Shown here: positions 20,489 to 30,854 of the stretch, piece after piece
Position numbering within the stretch: the stretch's first letter is position 1
Layout of the letters: each line of letters opens with the position of its first letter
From: Pseudomonadota bacterium
Lineage (GTDB): Bacteria; Pseudomonadota; Alphaproteobacteria; Rhizobiales; Rhizobiaceae
Length of the DNA stretch: 64,000 nucleotides
Reading direction: 5' to 3'
NCBI GenBank assembly: GCA_023404095.1
Contig: JAEYDD010000053.1
Coordinates: 4,850-68,849, forward strand
Translations under genes and position numbers: made by a program
The notes under the pieces: generated by a model
What the model was told of the DNA's origin: nothing
What the model saw: only the letters and a program-made list of their open reading frames with translations
Database searches by the model: none

Positions 20489-21402
20489 GCCTTGGCCTTT
20501 TCCACTTTCACCTTGATACCATGTGCCATTTCCGTTTCCGGCTCGACGTGAATGGCAACCTGCGCGCCCTGATGGACACCCTCGATCGCCGCTTCAAGCC
20601 TGTCGCAGATGTCGTGCGCGTCTCCGACCGCCATTCTCGCCGGCACCACGAGATGGAATTCCACGAAGATCGCCTGCCCGGCCCGGCGCGTCTTGAGGTC
20701 GTGGACGCCGAGCGAACCGTCGGCATTGACTGCGATCGCCTGCTTGATCGCCGCTTCCTCCTCCGCCTCGATCGCATGGTCCATCAGCCCGTTGACGGAA
20801 TTCATGATGATCTTCCAGCCCTGGAAGACGATGTGGATCGCCACCAGGATCGCCATGACCGGATCGAGGATCGCATAGCCGGTGAGAACGACCAGAATGA
20901 GGCCCGCAAGAACGCCAGCGGAGGTGACGACGTCGGACATGATGTGATGTGCGTCGGCGGTCAGAGCGGGCGAGCGGTGCTTGCGCCCGGCGCGGATGAG
21001 GATCGTCGCCCAGACGACGTTGACGACACCGGCCAGGAAGTTCACCGCAAGCCCAAGCACGGGTTGCTCGAGCACCGTCGGCGCCCAAAGCTTCGGTATC
21101 GCCTCCTGCAGGATCAGCAGCGCGGCGACGACGATCAGGACGCCCTCGATGACCGCCGAGACGTATTCCGCCTTGTGATGACCGAAGGGATGGGTCGCAT
21201 CGGCCGGCCGCGAGGCGTAGCGGATCGCACCCCAGGCAACGAAGGCCGCCACCACGTTCACCGTCGATTCCAGTGCGTCCGAGAGCAGCGCCACGGAACC
21301 AGTCAACCACCATGCCAGTGTCTTCAGTCCCAGCACGAAAATGGCCATCGGAATGCCGATCAGCGCCAGCCGATTGACGGTAGGATTGCCGTTGCTTGCC
21401 AT
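20485..21402 (-). CDS. Cation diffusion facilitator transporter
   Basis: [36 protein letters not shown]. Confidence 0.93.
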   Translation of the reverse strand: MASNGNPTVNRLALIGIPMAIFVLGLKTLAWWLTGSVALLSDALESTVNVVAAFVAWGAIRYASRPADATHPFGHHKAEYVSAVIEGVLIVVAALLILQEAIPKLWAPTVLEQPVLGLAVNFLAGVVNVVWATILIRAGRKHRSPALTADAHHIMSDVVTSAGVLAGLILVVLTGYAILDPVMAILVAIHIVFQGWKIIMNSVNGLMDHAIEAEEEAAIKQAIAVNADGSLGVHDLKTRRAGQAIFVEFHLVVPARMAVGDAHDICDRLEAAIEGVHQGAQVAIHVEPETEMAHGIKVKVEKAKA

Positions 21403-21454
21403 GTGGCCTCCGGTGCGGATGCGAACGAATTGCAGAAGCTGCGCCCTTCAACGC

Positions 21455-21488
21455 AAAACCGCCCGCGCGGGGTCGCGCAGGCGGTTGT
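21455..21488 (-). terminator. Terminator after trpE(G)
   Basis: AACCGCC..CGCG/CGCG..GGCGGTT hairpin followed by a short T run on the minus strand. Confidence 0.55.
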
Positions 21489-21540
21489 GATCGGCATCTC
21501 TATCGGCCAGTTCGGCCGAAAAGTCAAAGGTGGAATCGGC

Positions 21541-23730
21541 TCATGCGGCCTTCGTCTTCGCCTTTCTGGACAGGTGCGCCACCACGTTCTCGATCATCCG
21601 CATGCCGGCATCGCCGCCGAGTGTCATGATCGATTCGGGGTGGAACTGGACGGCGGCGACCGGCTCCTTGGCATGCTCGATGCCCATGATCGTGCCGTCC
21701 TCGCTCTCCGCCGTGATGATGAAATCGCGCGGCAGCGTCGCCGGATCGGCGAAGATCGAATGATAGCGGCCGACCGTCACCTCCTTGCCGAGACCAGAGA
21801 AGACGATACCCGGCTCCAGCACGCGGATGCGCGACGGCTTGCCGTGCATCGGCACCGCCAGTTGACGCAATTCGCCGCCGTAGGCTTCCGCCAGCGCCTG
21901 CAGGCCGAGGCAGACGCCGAAGATCGGCAGGTCGCGCGCGCGCGCCTTCTTGATCGTTGCCTTGCAGTCGAAGTCCTTCGGGTTGCCGGGGCCGGGCGAA
22001 AGTACGACGAGGTCGGGCTTCAGCCGGTCGAACAGTTCTTCGGCGACCGGCGTGCGCACCGTCGTCACCGTCGCCCCGGTCTGGCGGAAATAGTTCGCCA
22101 GCGTATGGACGAAACTGTCCTCGTGATCGACGAGCAGGATGTTGACGCCGGCGCCGACCGAAGCGACGTCGCGTTGCGTCTTCGAAGCGTTTCCGGCCTT
22201 GGCGTCACGGATGGCTGCGATCATGGCGGATGCCTTCAGTTCGGTTTCGGCTTCTTCTTCCTGCGGATTGGAATCGTTGAGCAGCGTCGCGCCCGCCCGC
22301 ACCTCGGCGATGCCGTCCTTGATGCGGATGGTGCGCAGCGTCAGCCCCGTATTCATGTCGCCGTTGAAGCCGACCATGCCGATTGCCCCACCATACCACA
22401 GCCGCGGGCTCTTCTCGTGCGCCTCGATGAAGCGCATCGCCCACAGCTTCGGAGCCCCGGTGACGGTGACTGCCCAGGCGTGGCTGAGGAAGCCGTCAAA
22501 GGCATCCATATCGTCGCGCAGACGGCCCTCGATATGATCCACCGTGTGGATCAGCCGCGAATACATCTCGATCTGACGGCGGCCGATCACCTTGACCGAA
22601 CCGGGCTCGCACACGCGGCTCTTGTCGTTACGATCGACGTCCGAGCACATCGTGAGTTCGGACTCGTCCTTTTTGGAATTGAGGAGCTTGAGGATCTGCT
22701 CCGAGTCGGCAATCGGGTCGTCGCCGCGCTTGATCGTACCCGAGATCGGGCAGGTCTCGATACGGCGGCCGGACACGCGCACGAACATCTCCGGCGAAGC
22801 GCCGACGAGATATTCCTGATTGCCGAGGTTGATGAAGAAGGAATAGGGCGACGGGTTGATCGCCTTCAGCCGACGCGAGATCTCCGACGGCTTGCTGTCG
22901 CAGCGCTCGAAGAATTTCTGTCCCGGCACCACCTCGAACAGGTCGCCGCGGCGGAAACTCTCCTTCGCCTTGGTGACCAGTTCGGCATACTCGCCCGGCC
23001 GGTGATCACCATGCGGGGGAATGGTATCCGACGTGCGGAAAGGTTCGGAGGCGATCGCCTGCTCGCGTCCCTCGGTGCTGACGCCGTCCTTCTCGAAATC
23101 GTAGCGGTCGATCCAGGCCTTGGCGGCATAGTGGTCGACGACGAGGATTTCGTCGGGCAGAAACAGCACCATGTCGCGCTGGTCGTCCGGCCGCTCCAGC
23201 TTCAGGTCTATCGCGTCGAACTGGAAGGCAAGGTCGTAGCCGAAGGCGCCGTAGAAGCCGAGGTTCGCGTCTTCCGCCGAATGGAACAGGTCGGTCACCG
23301 CGCGCAGCACCGTAAACACGGTCGGGATCTTCGAGCGCTCTTCCTCTGTGAAGACCCGGTCCGGCTCGTTGACCTGCAGGTCTAGCCGGCGCGGCGTCGA
23401 TGCCCCCAGCGAAAGCTCGGCGACGCTTTGCAGGCGCGGCTTGATGATTTCCAGCAGCGCCTCGCCCCGACCGTTGTAGGCCTCGATCCAGACGTTGCGG
23501 CCGAAGGAGGAGATGCCGAGAGGCGGATCGACGACCGCTGTGTCCCAGCGGGTGTAGCGGCCGGGATATTCGTAGTTGGACGAGAAGACCGCGCCGCGGC
23601 GCTCGTCGAGCTTGTCCACATAGGTGGAAATCGCGTTGGCGTAGTCGGCGTCCCGGCGCCGGCGGGTAACGGTAATGCCACCCCGCGTCTCGTAAGACTC
23701 CGCGCCATCCTCCAGTTGCTTCGTCACCAT
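21541..23730 (-). CDS. trpE(G): Anthranilate synthase, fused components I+II
   Basis: INPSPY, GASPEMF, TGAPK, YGGAIG plus GATase domain SPGPG, GVCLGLQ, QFHPES. Confidence 0.97.
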   Translation of the reverse strand: MVTKQLEDGAESYETRGGITVTRRRRDADYANAISTYVDKLDERRGAVFSSNYEYPGRYTRWDTAVVDPPLGISSFGRNVWIEAYNGRGEALLEIIKPRLQSVAELSLGASTPRRLDLQVNEPDRVFTEEERSKIPTVFTVLRAVTDLFHSAEDANLGFYGAFGYDLAFQFDAIDLKLERPDDQRDMVLFLPDEILVVDHYAAKAWIDRYDFEKDGVSTEGREQAIASEPFRTSDTIPPHGDHRPGEYAELVTKAKESFRRGDLFEVVPGQKFFERCDSKPSEISRRLKAINPSPYSFFINLGNQEYLVGASPEMFVRVSGRRIETCPISGTIKRGDDPIADSEQILKLLNSKKDESELTMCSDVDRNDKSRVCEPGSVKVIGRRQIEMYSRLIHTVDHIEGRLRDDMDAFDGFLSHAWAVTVTGAPKLWAMRFIEAHEKSPRLWYGGAIGMVGFNGDMNTGLTLRTIRIKDGIAEVRAGATLLNDSNPQEEEAETELKASAMIAAIRDAKAGNASKTQRDVASVGAGVNILLVDHEDSFVHTLANYFRQTGATVTTVRTPVAEELFDRLKPDLVVLSPGPGNPKDFDCKATIKKARARDLPIFGVCLGLQALAEAYGGELRQLAVPMHGKPSRIRVLEPGIVFSGLGKEVTVGRYHSIFADPATLPRDFIITAESEDGTIMGIEHAKEPVAAVQFHPESIMTLGGDAGMRMIENVVAHLSRKAKTKAA

Positions 23731-23769
23731 TCCCTGCTCTCCTGTTCGGCCCGGTCTACCTGCGGCCCG

Positions 23770-23805
23770 AAAAGAAAAAGCCGCCTCGAGGTTTCCGGGC
23801 GGCTG
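23770..23805 (-). terminator. trp attenuator terminator
   Basis: CAGCCGCCCGG..CGAGGCGGCTTTTCTTTT on the minus strand, between trpL and trpE(G). Confidence 0.85.
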
Positions 23806-23840
23806 TTCGTTTCAATCACGCATGACTGCTCGAGGCCGCT

Positions 23841-23885
23841 TCAGCGAGCCCACCACCAGATCGAAATGTTGCGTGCGTTTTTCAT
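23841..23885 (-). CDS. trpL: trp leader peptide [14 protein letters not shown]
   Basis: Three TGG codons; the C-terminal part matches rhizobial TrpL (ISIWWWAR). Confidence 0.95.
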   Translation of the reverse strand: [14 protein letters not shown]

Positions 23886-24035
23886 CGGCCGAATTGTTAG
23901 CGCGAAGCCATGGCGAACGCAACCGCGATTTCCGCGCTCCTGCCGCCTGCCCGCCGCTCTTTTTGCTTGCGGGAAACCGAAACCTTCGTCGCGCGTTTTC
24001 GTCTCATCGCTCGTACGAAACCGGAGGGCCACAAC

Positions 24036-24824
24036 ATCGATCCGCGCCAGACGACCATCCTGATCCTGAGCCTTTTGTCCCTGACCGGTGCCAGCCTTCC
24101 GAAAAACGGACCGCTCCCGCTGCCTCGCCCTGATGCGGCAGCGAGCCCGCATGCCGAAGCTGCGGACAGATCCGCACCACGGGAGATGCAGGGACCGCCG
24201 GCACCGACAGAAGCGGAGCAGAAGAAGGAGGAGGCGAAAGAGCCGCCCCGGCCGCTGGAAAGAGAGGACGACGACGCCCTCGCCGCCTGCCTCGGCGAAC
24301 TGAAGTCGGCCGGCGCGATCGTAAAGGAAATCGATCCGATCGTTCCTGAGAACGGCTGCGGCATTGCCCGGCCGGTGGAACTGTCCCGCCTGTCCGCCGA
24401 TATCGCGCTGGAGCCGAATGCGACGCTTCGCTGCGAGACCGCGCTGCAACTGCAGCGGTGGTCGCGGGAGGCCATGGTGCCGGCGGTCAAGGCGGCGATG
24501 CCGGACAAAAATCTGACCGGGCTTGTACAGGCATCGGCCTATGTCTGCCGCAACCGCAACAACGCGTCCAACGGCAAGGTTTCCGAGCACGCCTTTGGCA
24601 ATGCGGTCGATATCGCCGCCTTCACCTTCTCGGACGGAAGCCGCCTCGACATCGCCCCGCGCGAAAAGGACTCGACTATTGAGGGAGCCCTGCAGCGCGC
24701 GGCCGTCGCGACCGCCTGCCTCTATTTCACCACGGTGCTAGATCCGGGCAGCGATGCAGCGCACGAGGCTCATCTGCATCTCGACGTCATCAAGCGGAAA
24801 AACGGCTATCGCTATTGCTGGTAA
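24036..24824 (+). CDS. Extensin-like family secreted protein (start uncertain: ATC 24036 or ATG 23910)
   Basis: Pro-rich N-terminus; GCGIARPV, SAYVCRNRN..SEHAFGNAVD, H..HLHLD. Confidence 0.85.
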   Translation: MDPRQTTILILSLLSLTGASLPKNGPLPLPRPDAAASPHAEAADRSAPREMQGPPAPTEAEQKKEEAKEPPRPLEREDDDALAACLGELKSAGAIVKEIDPIVPENGCGIARPVELSRLSADIALEPNATLRCETALQLQRWSREAMVPAVKAAMPDKNLTGLVQASAYVCRNRNNASNGKVSEHAFGNAVDIAAFTFSDGSRLDIAPREKDSTIEGALQRAAVATACLYFTTVLDPGSDAAHEAHLHLDVIKRKNGYRYCW

Positions 24825-24924
24825 GACCATTTCTTTCGGCAAGATGCGACAGCGGGCTCAACTCAACAGCGGATCGGCCTATATTGGCTGCGAGACAAAC
24901 CTGCACACACAAGGAATACCCGGC

Positions 24925-25434
24925 ATGACCGTATCCATGTATCGCCTCTCCGTCCCGGTCTTCATCCGCGGCCTGAAGGTGCTTTCTACTCTGCTCGACA
25001 AGGCGGAGGCCCATGCCGCCGAAAACGGGATCGAGCCTGGCATCATGCTGAACTCCCGCCTCGCCCCAGACATGCTGTCGCTCTGCGGCCAGATCCAGCG
25101 CGCCAGCGATACATCGAAGAACGCACTCGGCCGCCTCACCCCGAAGCCGGCGCCCAGCCTGCCCGACACCGAAGCGACCTTCGCTGAGCTTGCCGCGCGT
25201 ATCGAAAAGACCATCGCCTATCTCGAAACGATCTCGGAACGTGATCTCCAGGGCAGCGAGACCCGCGAGGTAAACCTGGCGGTCGGCAGCCTCGGCGTGA
25301 CCTTTACCGGCGTGAACTATCTCCTCGAATTCGCCGTGCCCAACTTCTTTTTCCACGTCACCACCGCCTACGACATCCTTCGCCACGACGGCGTGGCGAT
25401 CGGCAAGCGCGACTACCTCGGCCCGTTCGGCTGA
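24925..25434 (+). CDS. DUF1993 family (DinB-like) protein
   Basis: RLAPDM, PNFFFHVTTAYDILRHDGVAIGKRDYLG; AAGGA RBS. Confidence 0.92.
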   Translation: MTVSMYRLSVPVFIRGLKVLSTLLDKAEAHAAENGIEPGIMLNSRLAPDMLSLCGQIQRASDTSKNALGRLTPKPAPSLPDTEATFAELAARIEKTIAYLETISERDLQGSETREVNLAVGSLGVTFTGVNYLLEFAVPNFFFHVTTAYDILRHDGVAIGKRDYLGPFG

Positions 25435-25484
25435 GCAAAGAGAGCAACAGACGGCAAGCTCCGCACGATCACTTGTCCTCACAA

Positions 25485-25534
25485 AAACTTGAACACAAAA
25501 GTCATATTTAAACTTGATGAAAGAAGTCCAGATT
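25485..25534 (+). promoter_or_regulatory. Tandem iron-responsive (IRO/RirA-like) boxes
   Basis: TGA-N9-TCA at 25490-25504 and TGA-N9-TCC at 25515-25529, in an AT-rich stretch upstream of the heme receptor. Confidence 0.65.
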
Positions 25535-25645
25535 AAATAGGTATCGCCCCGGGCCTCCTTCCAGAGGGATTCCAGAAAGAGCGACGGACGCGGCATTCAC
25601 GCTGCGTACGACGGCTTTTCGCGTGCATTTTACAGGGGAAATTCG

Positions 25646-27913
25646 ATGATACCATTCTCATCCTTGTCGCGGCGACTGTTGGGGGGAACAGCCATCGCCA
25701 TCGTCGTCGGCGCTAGCACACCCGCACTCGCCCAGGAGGCAGCAGACACCACGACCGTCCACCCGACAGCGCTCAGGCCCATCCCCGTCCAAGCCCCCGC
25801 CGAAAACGCAAATGCATCGCCGCTGACGCAGACCACCGGGCGGGCGAAGCTGGAAGACCGAATGGTCACCGACTTTCAGGATTTCGCCAGACGCGTCGAT
25901 GCGGGCGTGAACTTCAACACCCAGAACAACAGCATCAACATTCGCGGCCTGCAGAACGACCGCGTCCTGACGACCCTCGACGGCATCCGCGTGCCCTGGC
26001 TCACCGATCCGCGCGAATCCGCGCAGGGTGGGCTGAACGGCTTCGATTTCGACAGCCTCTCCGGCATCGACGTGACCAAGGGCACCGACTCGTCGCGCTA
26101 TGGCTCCGGCGCGCTCGGTGGCGTGGTGCAACTGCGCACCCTGAACCCGGAAGACCTGATCTCCGAAGGCAAGACGTTCGGCGCGATCACCAAGACCACC
26201 TATGACAGCACCGACAAGAGCGCTGTCGGCAACGGCGCGATCGCCGGCCGCTTCGACGATACCTGGCTGCTGCTCCAGGGCGGCTACAAGAAGGGGCACG
26301 AGACCGACAACCGCGGCGACGTCGGCGGCTACGGCACCACCCGCACAGAAGCCAATCCGATGGACTTCGACCAGCGCAACATGCTGGCCAAGATCCATCA
26401 GTATATCGATGGCGGCCACCGCTTCGGCCTGACCGGCGAAATCTTCAACCGTGACGAAGATATCGACAACATGCGCGGCACGACCTCAAGCTACGAGCCC
26501 GGCTCGCTGAAATCCGGTGAGGAGATCGACCGCAAGCGCGTCTCCGCCTCCTACGACTTCATTTCGCCCGACGGCACTGACTGGCTCGACCAGGCCAGCG
26601 TCGTCACCTACTGGCAGAGGCAGCGGCTGAACAACCGCACAAACGGTTTCCGCCTGCGTGATGCGCGCGCCGGCATCATTGAAGGCGACCCATTCTACTA
26701 CGGCTATCCGACGGGCGACTACTACCGCGACAACATGCTGGAGCAGACCAGCTACGGCATCAACGGCGATGCGGCCAAGGCGGTGCAGTTCGGCGGCATC
26801 GAACACGCCTTCCGCTTCGGCGCGGAACTTTACGGCCAGAAGACGCACCAGTATTCGTCCGGCCGCGACAATTGCCCGGATGTCGACTGGCTGACGGTGC
26901 CGCAGCCGTTCGGCCCGCAGTCTTGCCGCATGCTGCACACCAATGCCTCCGACATGCCCGACGTCGACAGCATCTTCTTCGGCGCCTATGTCGAGGACGA
27001 CATCAAGCTGGTCGACAACCGCCTGACGATTACCCCCGGCCTGCGCTTCGACTGGTACCGCCATTCGCCGAAGACCACCGCAGAATACGAGCGCAGCCCG
27101 AATTTCGACGCTGCATATCTTGACGGCACCCGCGATTCCCGCTTCTCGCCGAAGCTGCGCGCCGCCTGGCAGGCGACGTCCGAGCTCGAATTCTTCGCCC
27201 AGTGGGCGCAGGGCTTTCGCGCTCCGAGCGCCACCGAGCTCTACCAGAACTTCGGCGCTCCCGGCTCCTATGCCCGCATTGGCAATCCGGATCTGAAGAG
27301 CGAGACGAGCAACGGCTTCGAGATTGGCACGAACTACGCTTCCGACGCCTATACGGTGTCGGCGACGGTCTTCAACAACTACTATCGGAACTTCATCGAT
27401 CAGGTGCAGCTCGCCCCGCCCGGCGGCGAATATCCCGTCAATGGCATCATCGGCTACGAGAACTTGGATCGCGTCCGTATCTACGGCGTGGAATTCGCCG
27501 GCGAATGGCGCTTCACGGACGAATGGCGCACATGGGGTTCGGTGGCCTGGTCGCACGGCAAGGATACCGAGACTGACCAGTACCTGAACTCGGTGGCACC
27601 GCTGCGCGCCATCATCGGCCTCGGCTATGCGACCGAAGGCTGGGGCTCCGACGTCTCGCTGACGACGGCAGCGGCCCGCGACAAGGTCAGCGACGGCGGC
27701 TTCAAGGCCCCGGGCTACGGCATCGTCGACATGACGGCCTGGTGGCAGCCGAAGCAGGTCGAGGGTCTGCGCGTCCAGGCCGGCGTCTTCAACATCTTCG
27801 ACAAGAAGTACTGGAATGCCATCGACGTGCCGGATGGCACGACGCAGGAAGCGCGCGACTTCTACAGCGAGGCCGGCCGCACCTTCCGCGTGTCGCTCAC
27901 CAAGACCTTCTGA
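25646..27913 (+). CDS. shmR: TonB-dependent heme/hemoprotein receptor (ShmR-like)
   Basis: Plug NIRGL..RVLTTLDG, YGSGALGGVV; FRAP and NPDL motifs; C-terminal Phe; position between trpE(G) and fhs as recalled for rhizobial shmR. Confidence 0.85.
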   Translation: MIPFSSLSRRLLGGTAIAIVVGASTPALAQEAADTTTVHPTALRPIPVQAPAENANASPLTQTTGRAKLEDRMVTDFQDFARRVDAGVNFNTQNNSINIRGLQNDRVLTTLDGIRVPWLTDPRESAQGGLNGFDFDSLSGIDVTKGTDSSRYGSGALGGVVQLRTLNPEDLISEGKTFGAITKTTYDSTDKSAVGNGAIAGRFDDTWLLLQGGYKKGHETDNRGDVGGYGTTRTEANPMDFDQRNMLAKIHQYIDGGHRFGLTGEIFNRDEDIDNMRGTTSSYEPGSLKSGEEIDRKRVSASYDFISPDGTDWLDQASVVTYWQRQRLNNRTNGFRLRDARAGIIEGDPFYYGYPTGDYYRDNMLEQTSYGINGDAAKAVQFGGIEHAFRFGAELYGQKTHQYSSGRDNCPDVDWLTVPQPFGPQSCRMLHTNASDMPDVDSIFFGAYVEDDIKLVDNRLTITPGLRFDWYRHSPKTTAEYERSPNFDAAYLDGTRDSRFSPKLRAAWQATSELEFFAQWAQGFRAPSATELYQNFGAPGSYARIGNPDLKSETSNGFEIGTNYASDAYTVSATVFNNYYRNFIDQVQLAPPGGEYPVNGIIGYENLDRVRIYGVEFAGEWRFTDEWRTWGSVAWSHGKDTETDQYLNSVAPLRAIIGLGYATEGWGSDVSLTTAAARDKVSDGGFKAPGYGIVDMTAWWQPKQVEGLRVQAGVFNIFDKKYWNAIDVPDGTTQEARDFYSEAGRTFRVSLTKTF

Positions 27914-28014
27914 GCTTCCGCGATAGGCGGATCGATACAGAAACGCCGTGGCCCCGCTGCGGCGTTTTGCATGCAGGCACGCACTCCGCCTGAACGCCTG
28001 CCCGCAACCACAAC

Positions 28015-28129
28015 CCGTCACACCGGCCCCCGTGCCGGTGTCCAGCCGCGCAAGTCCTTGCGCGAAATGAACATGTCCAGCGCCGCCGACGTGGCACCGC
28101 TGGACCCCGGATCAAGTCCGGGGTGACGG
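28015..28129. repeat. CGTC-type REP doublet (REPIN-like)
   Basis: CCGTCACACCGG..CCGGTGTCCAG ... CTGGACCCCGGATCAAGTCCGGGGTGACGG inverted arms. Confidence 0.75.
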
Positions 28130-28222
28130 TACAGCAGTGGCGCCGGCATCGGGAGCCTCCGTTCACCCCGTCGCCGCCCAGCCGAAGCGACAGGAACCAC
28201 AGCACACGACAGATTTACATTT

Positions 28223-28333
28223 GCCCCTCAGGCCGGCCCTCTCCCCGCAAGCAGCGAGAGCGAGAAGGAAGACGTTTCCGCTTGTTTCCTTCTCCCCAAG
28301 CGGGGAGAAGGTGCCGGCAGGCGAATGAGGGGC
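28223..28333. repeat. Rhizobial RIME/REP-like palindromic element, copy 1
   Basis: GCCCCTCA..CCCTCTCCCCGC ... CCTTCTCCCCAAGCGGGGAGAAGGTGCCGGCAGGCGAATGAGGGGC; related copy at 37145-37254. Confidence 0.8.
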
Positions 28334-28357
28334 GGCAAAACTATCGTGTACCGCCCC

Positions 28358-30043
28358 CTAGAACAGGCCCTCGATCTGCCCCTGCTCGTTCAGGAAGATC
28401 TTCTCCGACGACGGCACCTTCGGCAGGCCGGGCATGGTCATGATCTCGCCGGTGATGACGACGACGAAACCGGCGCCGGCAGAAAGCCGCACTTCGCGAA
28501 CCGGCACCGTATGCCCCTCCGGTGCGCCGCGCAGGTTCGGATCGGTCGAAAACGAATACTGCGTTTTGGCCATGCAGATTGGCAGATGGCCATAGCCCTG
28601 TGCCTCCCAGGCATGCAACTGGTCGCGCACCGATTTGTCCGCGATCACCTCGCTTGCATGGTAGATGTCCTTGGCGATCGTCTCGATCTTATGGAAAAGC
28701 GACATGTCGTCGGGATAAAGCGGGGCGAACTGCGATCGCCCGGATTCGGCGAGCGCCACGACCTTGTGCGCCAGTTCCTCGATGCCGGCCGATCCCTCCG
28801 CCCAGTGCCGGCACAGCACGGCCTGCGTTCCGAGCGTCGCGACATAATCCTTGATCGCCTGGATCTCGCCTTCCGTATCGCTGGAAAAATGGTTGATCGC
28901 CACGATCACGGGCACGCCGAATTTCTTCACGTTCTGCACGTGTCGGCCGAGATTGGCGCATCCCTTGCGCACCGCTGCGATGTTCTCCTCGCCGAGCGCG
29001 TCCTTCTTCACCCCGCCATTCATCTTCATCGCCCGCGCGGTTGCGACGATCACGGCGGCATCGGGCTTCAGACCGGCCTTGCGGCACTTGATGTCGAAGA
29101 ACTTCTCCGCGCCCAGATCCGCCCCGAAGCCGGCTTCGGTGACGACGTAGTCCGCAAGCTTCAGCGCCGTCTTGGTCGCCACAACGGAATTGCACCCATG
29201 CGCGATGTTGGCAAACGGACCGCCATGCACGAAGGCCGGATTGTTCTCCAGCGTCTGGACGAGGTTTGGCTGGATCGCATCCTTCAGCAGAACCGCCATG
29301 GCCCCGTCCGCCTTGATGTCGCGGGCAAAGACCGGGCTCTTGTCGCGGCGATACCCGACGATGATGTTGCCGAGCCGCTTTTCGAGGTCAGCCAGATCCT
29401 CCGACAGACAGAGGATGGCCATGACCTCCGAGGCGACGGTGATGTCGAAGCCGGTTTCGCGGGGAAATCCGTTCGCCACGCCACCAAGTGAACAGACGAT
29501 ATCGCGCAGCGCCCGGTCGTTCATATCCATGACCCGGCGCCAGGCAATGCGGCGAATGTCGATATTCTGTTCGTTACCCCAGTAGATGTGGTTGTCGAGC
29601 AGGGCGGCAAGCAGGTTGTGCGCCGAAGTGATCGCATGGAAATCGCCGGTGAAATGGAGATTGATGTCCTCCATCGGCACCACCTGCGCATAGCCGCCGC
29701 CTGCAGCGCCGCCCTTGACGCCAAAGCATGGTCCAAGCGACGCCTCGCGGATGCAGACGATCGCCTTCTTGCCGATCCGGTTCAGCCCGTCGCCAAGGCC
29801 GACCGTGGTCGTCGTCTTGCCCTCCCCTGCGGGCGTCGGATTGATGGCGGTGACGAGGATGAGCTTTCCATCCTTCTTCTGTCTTTGCGCGGCGATGAAG
29901 TCCGCACTGATCTTTGCCTTGTCGTGGCCGTAAGGGAGCAGCGCTTCGGCCGGTATGCCGAGGCTTGCGCCGATCTCGAGGATCGGCCTTTTGCTGGCCG
30001 CCCTGGCGATCTCAATGTCGGATGTGAAACCGGTATTGCCCAT
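28358..30043 (-). CDS. fhs: Formate--tetrahydrofolate ligase
   Basis: [49 protein letters not shown]. Confidence 0.97.
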   Translation of the reverse strand: MGNTGFTSDIEIARAASKRPILEIGASLGIPAEALLPYGHDKAKISADFIAAQRQKKDGKLILVTAINPTPAGEGKTTTTVGLGDGLNRIGKKAIVCIREASLGPCFGVKGGAAGGGYAQVVPMEDINLHFTGDFHAITSAHNLLAALLDNHIYWGNEQNIDIRRIAWRRVMDMNDRALRDIVCSLGGVANGFPRETGFDITVASEVMAILCLSEDLADLEKRLGNIIVGYRRDKSPVFARDIKADGAMAVLLKDAIQPNLVQTLENNPAFVHGGPFANIAHGCNSVVATKTALKLADYVVTEAGFGADLGAEKFFDIKCRKAGLKPDAAVIVATARAMKMNGGVKKDALGEENIAAVRKGCANLGRHVQNVKKFGVPVIVAINHFSSDTEGEIQAIKDYVATLGTQAVLCRHWAEGSAGIEELAHKVVALAESGRSQFAPLYPDDMSLFHKIETIAKDIYHASEVIADKSVRDQLHAWEAQGYGHLPICMAKTQYSFSTDPNLRGAPEGHTVPVREVRLSAGAGFVVVITGEIMTMPGLPKVPSSEKIFLNEQGQIEGLF

Positions 30044-30317
30044 TCTTCCTCCCCTTCGAATGGAAATGACGTCGATTGCGCCTTACGTCCCGCTCTGTTC
30101 TTGTCTTTGCGGTTGTGACCACCGTGACGCGCATCACGCATATTTAGACCCGCAAAGGCCGCCCGAAGCCACAGTGTTTTGCGCCGATCCCGCTCACATT
30201 TGCGTCTGTCCGGCGATAATCGCTTGCAGCCGTCCGCAAAATATGGAGAGAGGATCACCAGCAATCATGCACTTTCCCCGCGAATATGACGACCAAGGAC
30301 AAGATGGGTAGGGAATC

Positions 30318-30779
30318 ATGAAGGAACTTGATCGACTTGACCGCAAAATTCTCCGCGCGCTGCAGCAGGAGGGGCGGTTGTCCAACATCGAACTGGCCGA
30401 GAAGGTGAACCTGTCGCCGACGGCAACCGCCGAGCGCGTCAAGCGCCTGACCCGCGACGGTTACATCACCGGCTACATGGCGATCCTTTCCCCGGAACGC
30501 CTCGGGCGCAACCTGCTCGTCTTCGTGCAGATCAAGCTCGACCGCACCACCCCCGACGTGTTCGACACGTTTGCCGAGGCCGTTCGCCAGAGCGACAACG
30601 TGATGGAGTGCCATATGGTCGCCGGCGGCTTCGACTATCTCGTCAAGGCGCGGGTTGCCGGCATGGAAGCCTACCGGACCTTCCTCTCCGATGTTTTCCT
30701 GTCGCTGCCCGGCGTGCGCGAGACCCACACCTATGCGGTGATGGAAGAGGTCAAGAGCACAGGCTGGCTACCGGTCTGA
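30318..30779 (+). CDS. Lrp/AsnC family transcriptional regulator
   Basis: LDRLDRKIL..LSNIELAEKVNLSP, CHMVAGGFDYL, PGVRETHTY. Confidence 0.95.
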   Translation: MKELDRLDRKILRALQQEGRLSNIELAEKVNLSPTATAERVKRLTRDGYITGYMAILSPERLGRNLLVFVQIKLDRTTPDVFDTFAEAVRQSDNVMECHMVAGGFDYLVKARVAGMEAYRTFLSDVFLSLPGVRETHTYAVMEEVKSTGWLPV

Positions 30780-30854
30780 GGCACAGCACGACAGAATGGG
30801 AAGCCGCCCGCGAAAAGGGCGGCGTCCACCGCGGCACAGAGCGGCCCTGTACCC

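Noticed and set aside
20467..23385. 972-aa plus-strand ORF
   Set aside because: Antisense shadow of the CDF and trpE(G) genes; such stop-free reverse frames are expected at high GC3, and it has no recognisable motifs.
7487..30043. Functional link between OxdC (makes formate) and Fhs (assimilates formate)
   Set aside because: Chemically plausible, but the genes are about 20 kb apart with unrelated genes between them and no shared motif was seen.
30044..30317. Possible ZMP/ZTP, THF or glycine riboswitch upstream of fhs
   Set aside because: No recognisable conserved riboswitch core on the fhs strand; a covariance-model search would be needed to exclude it fully.
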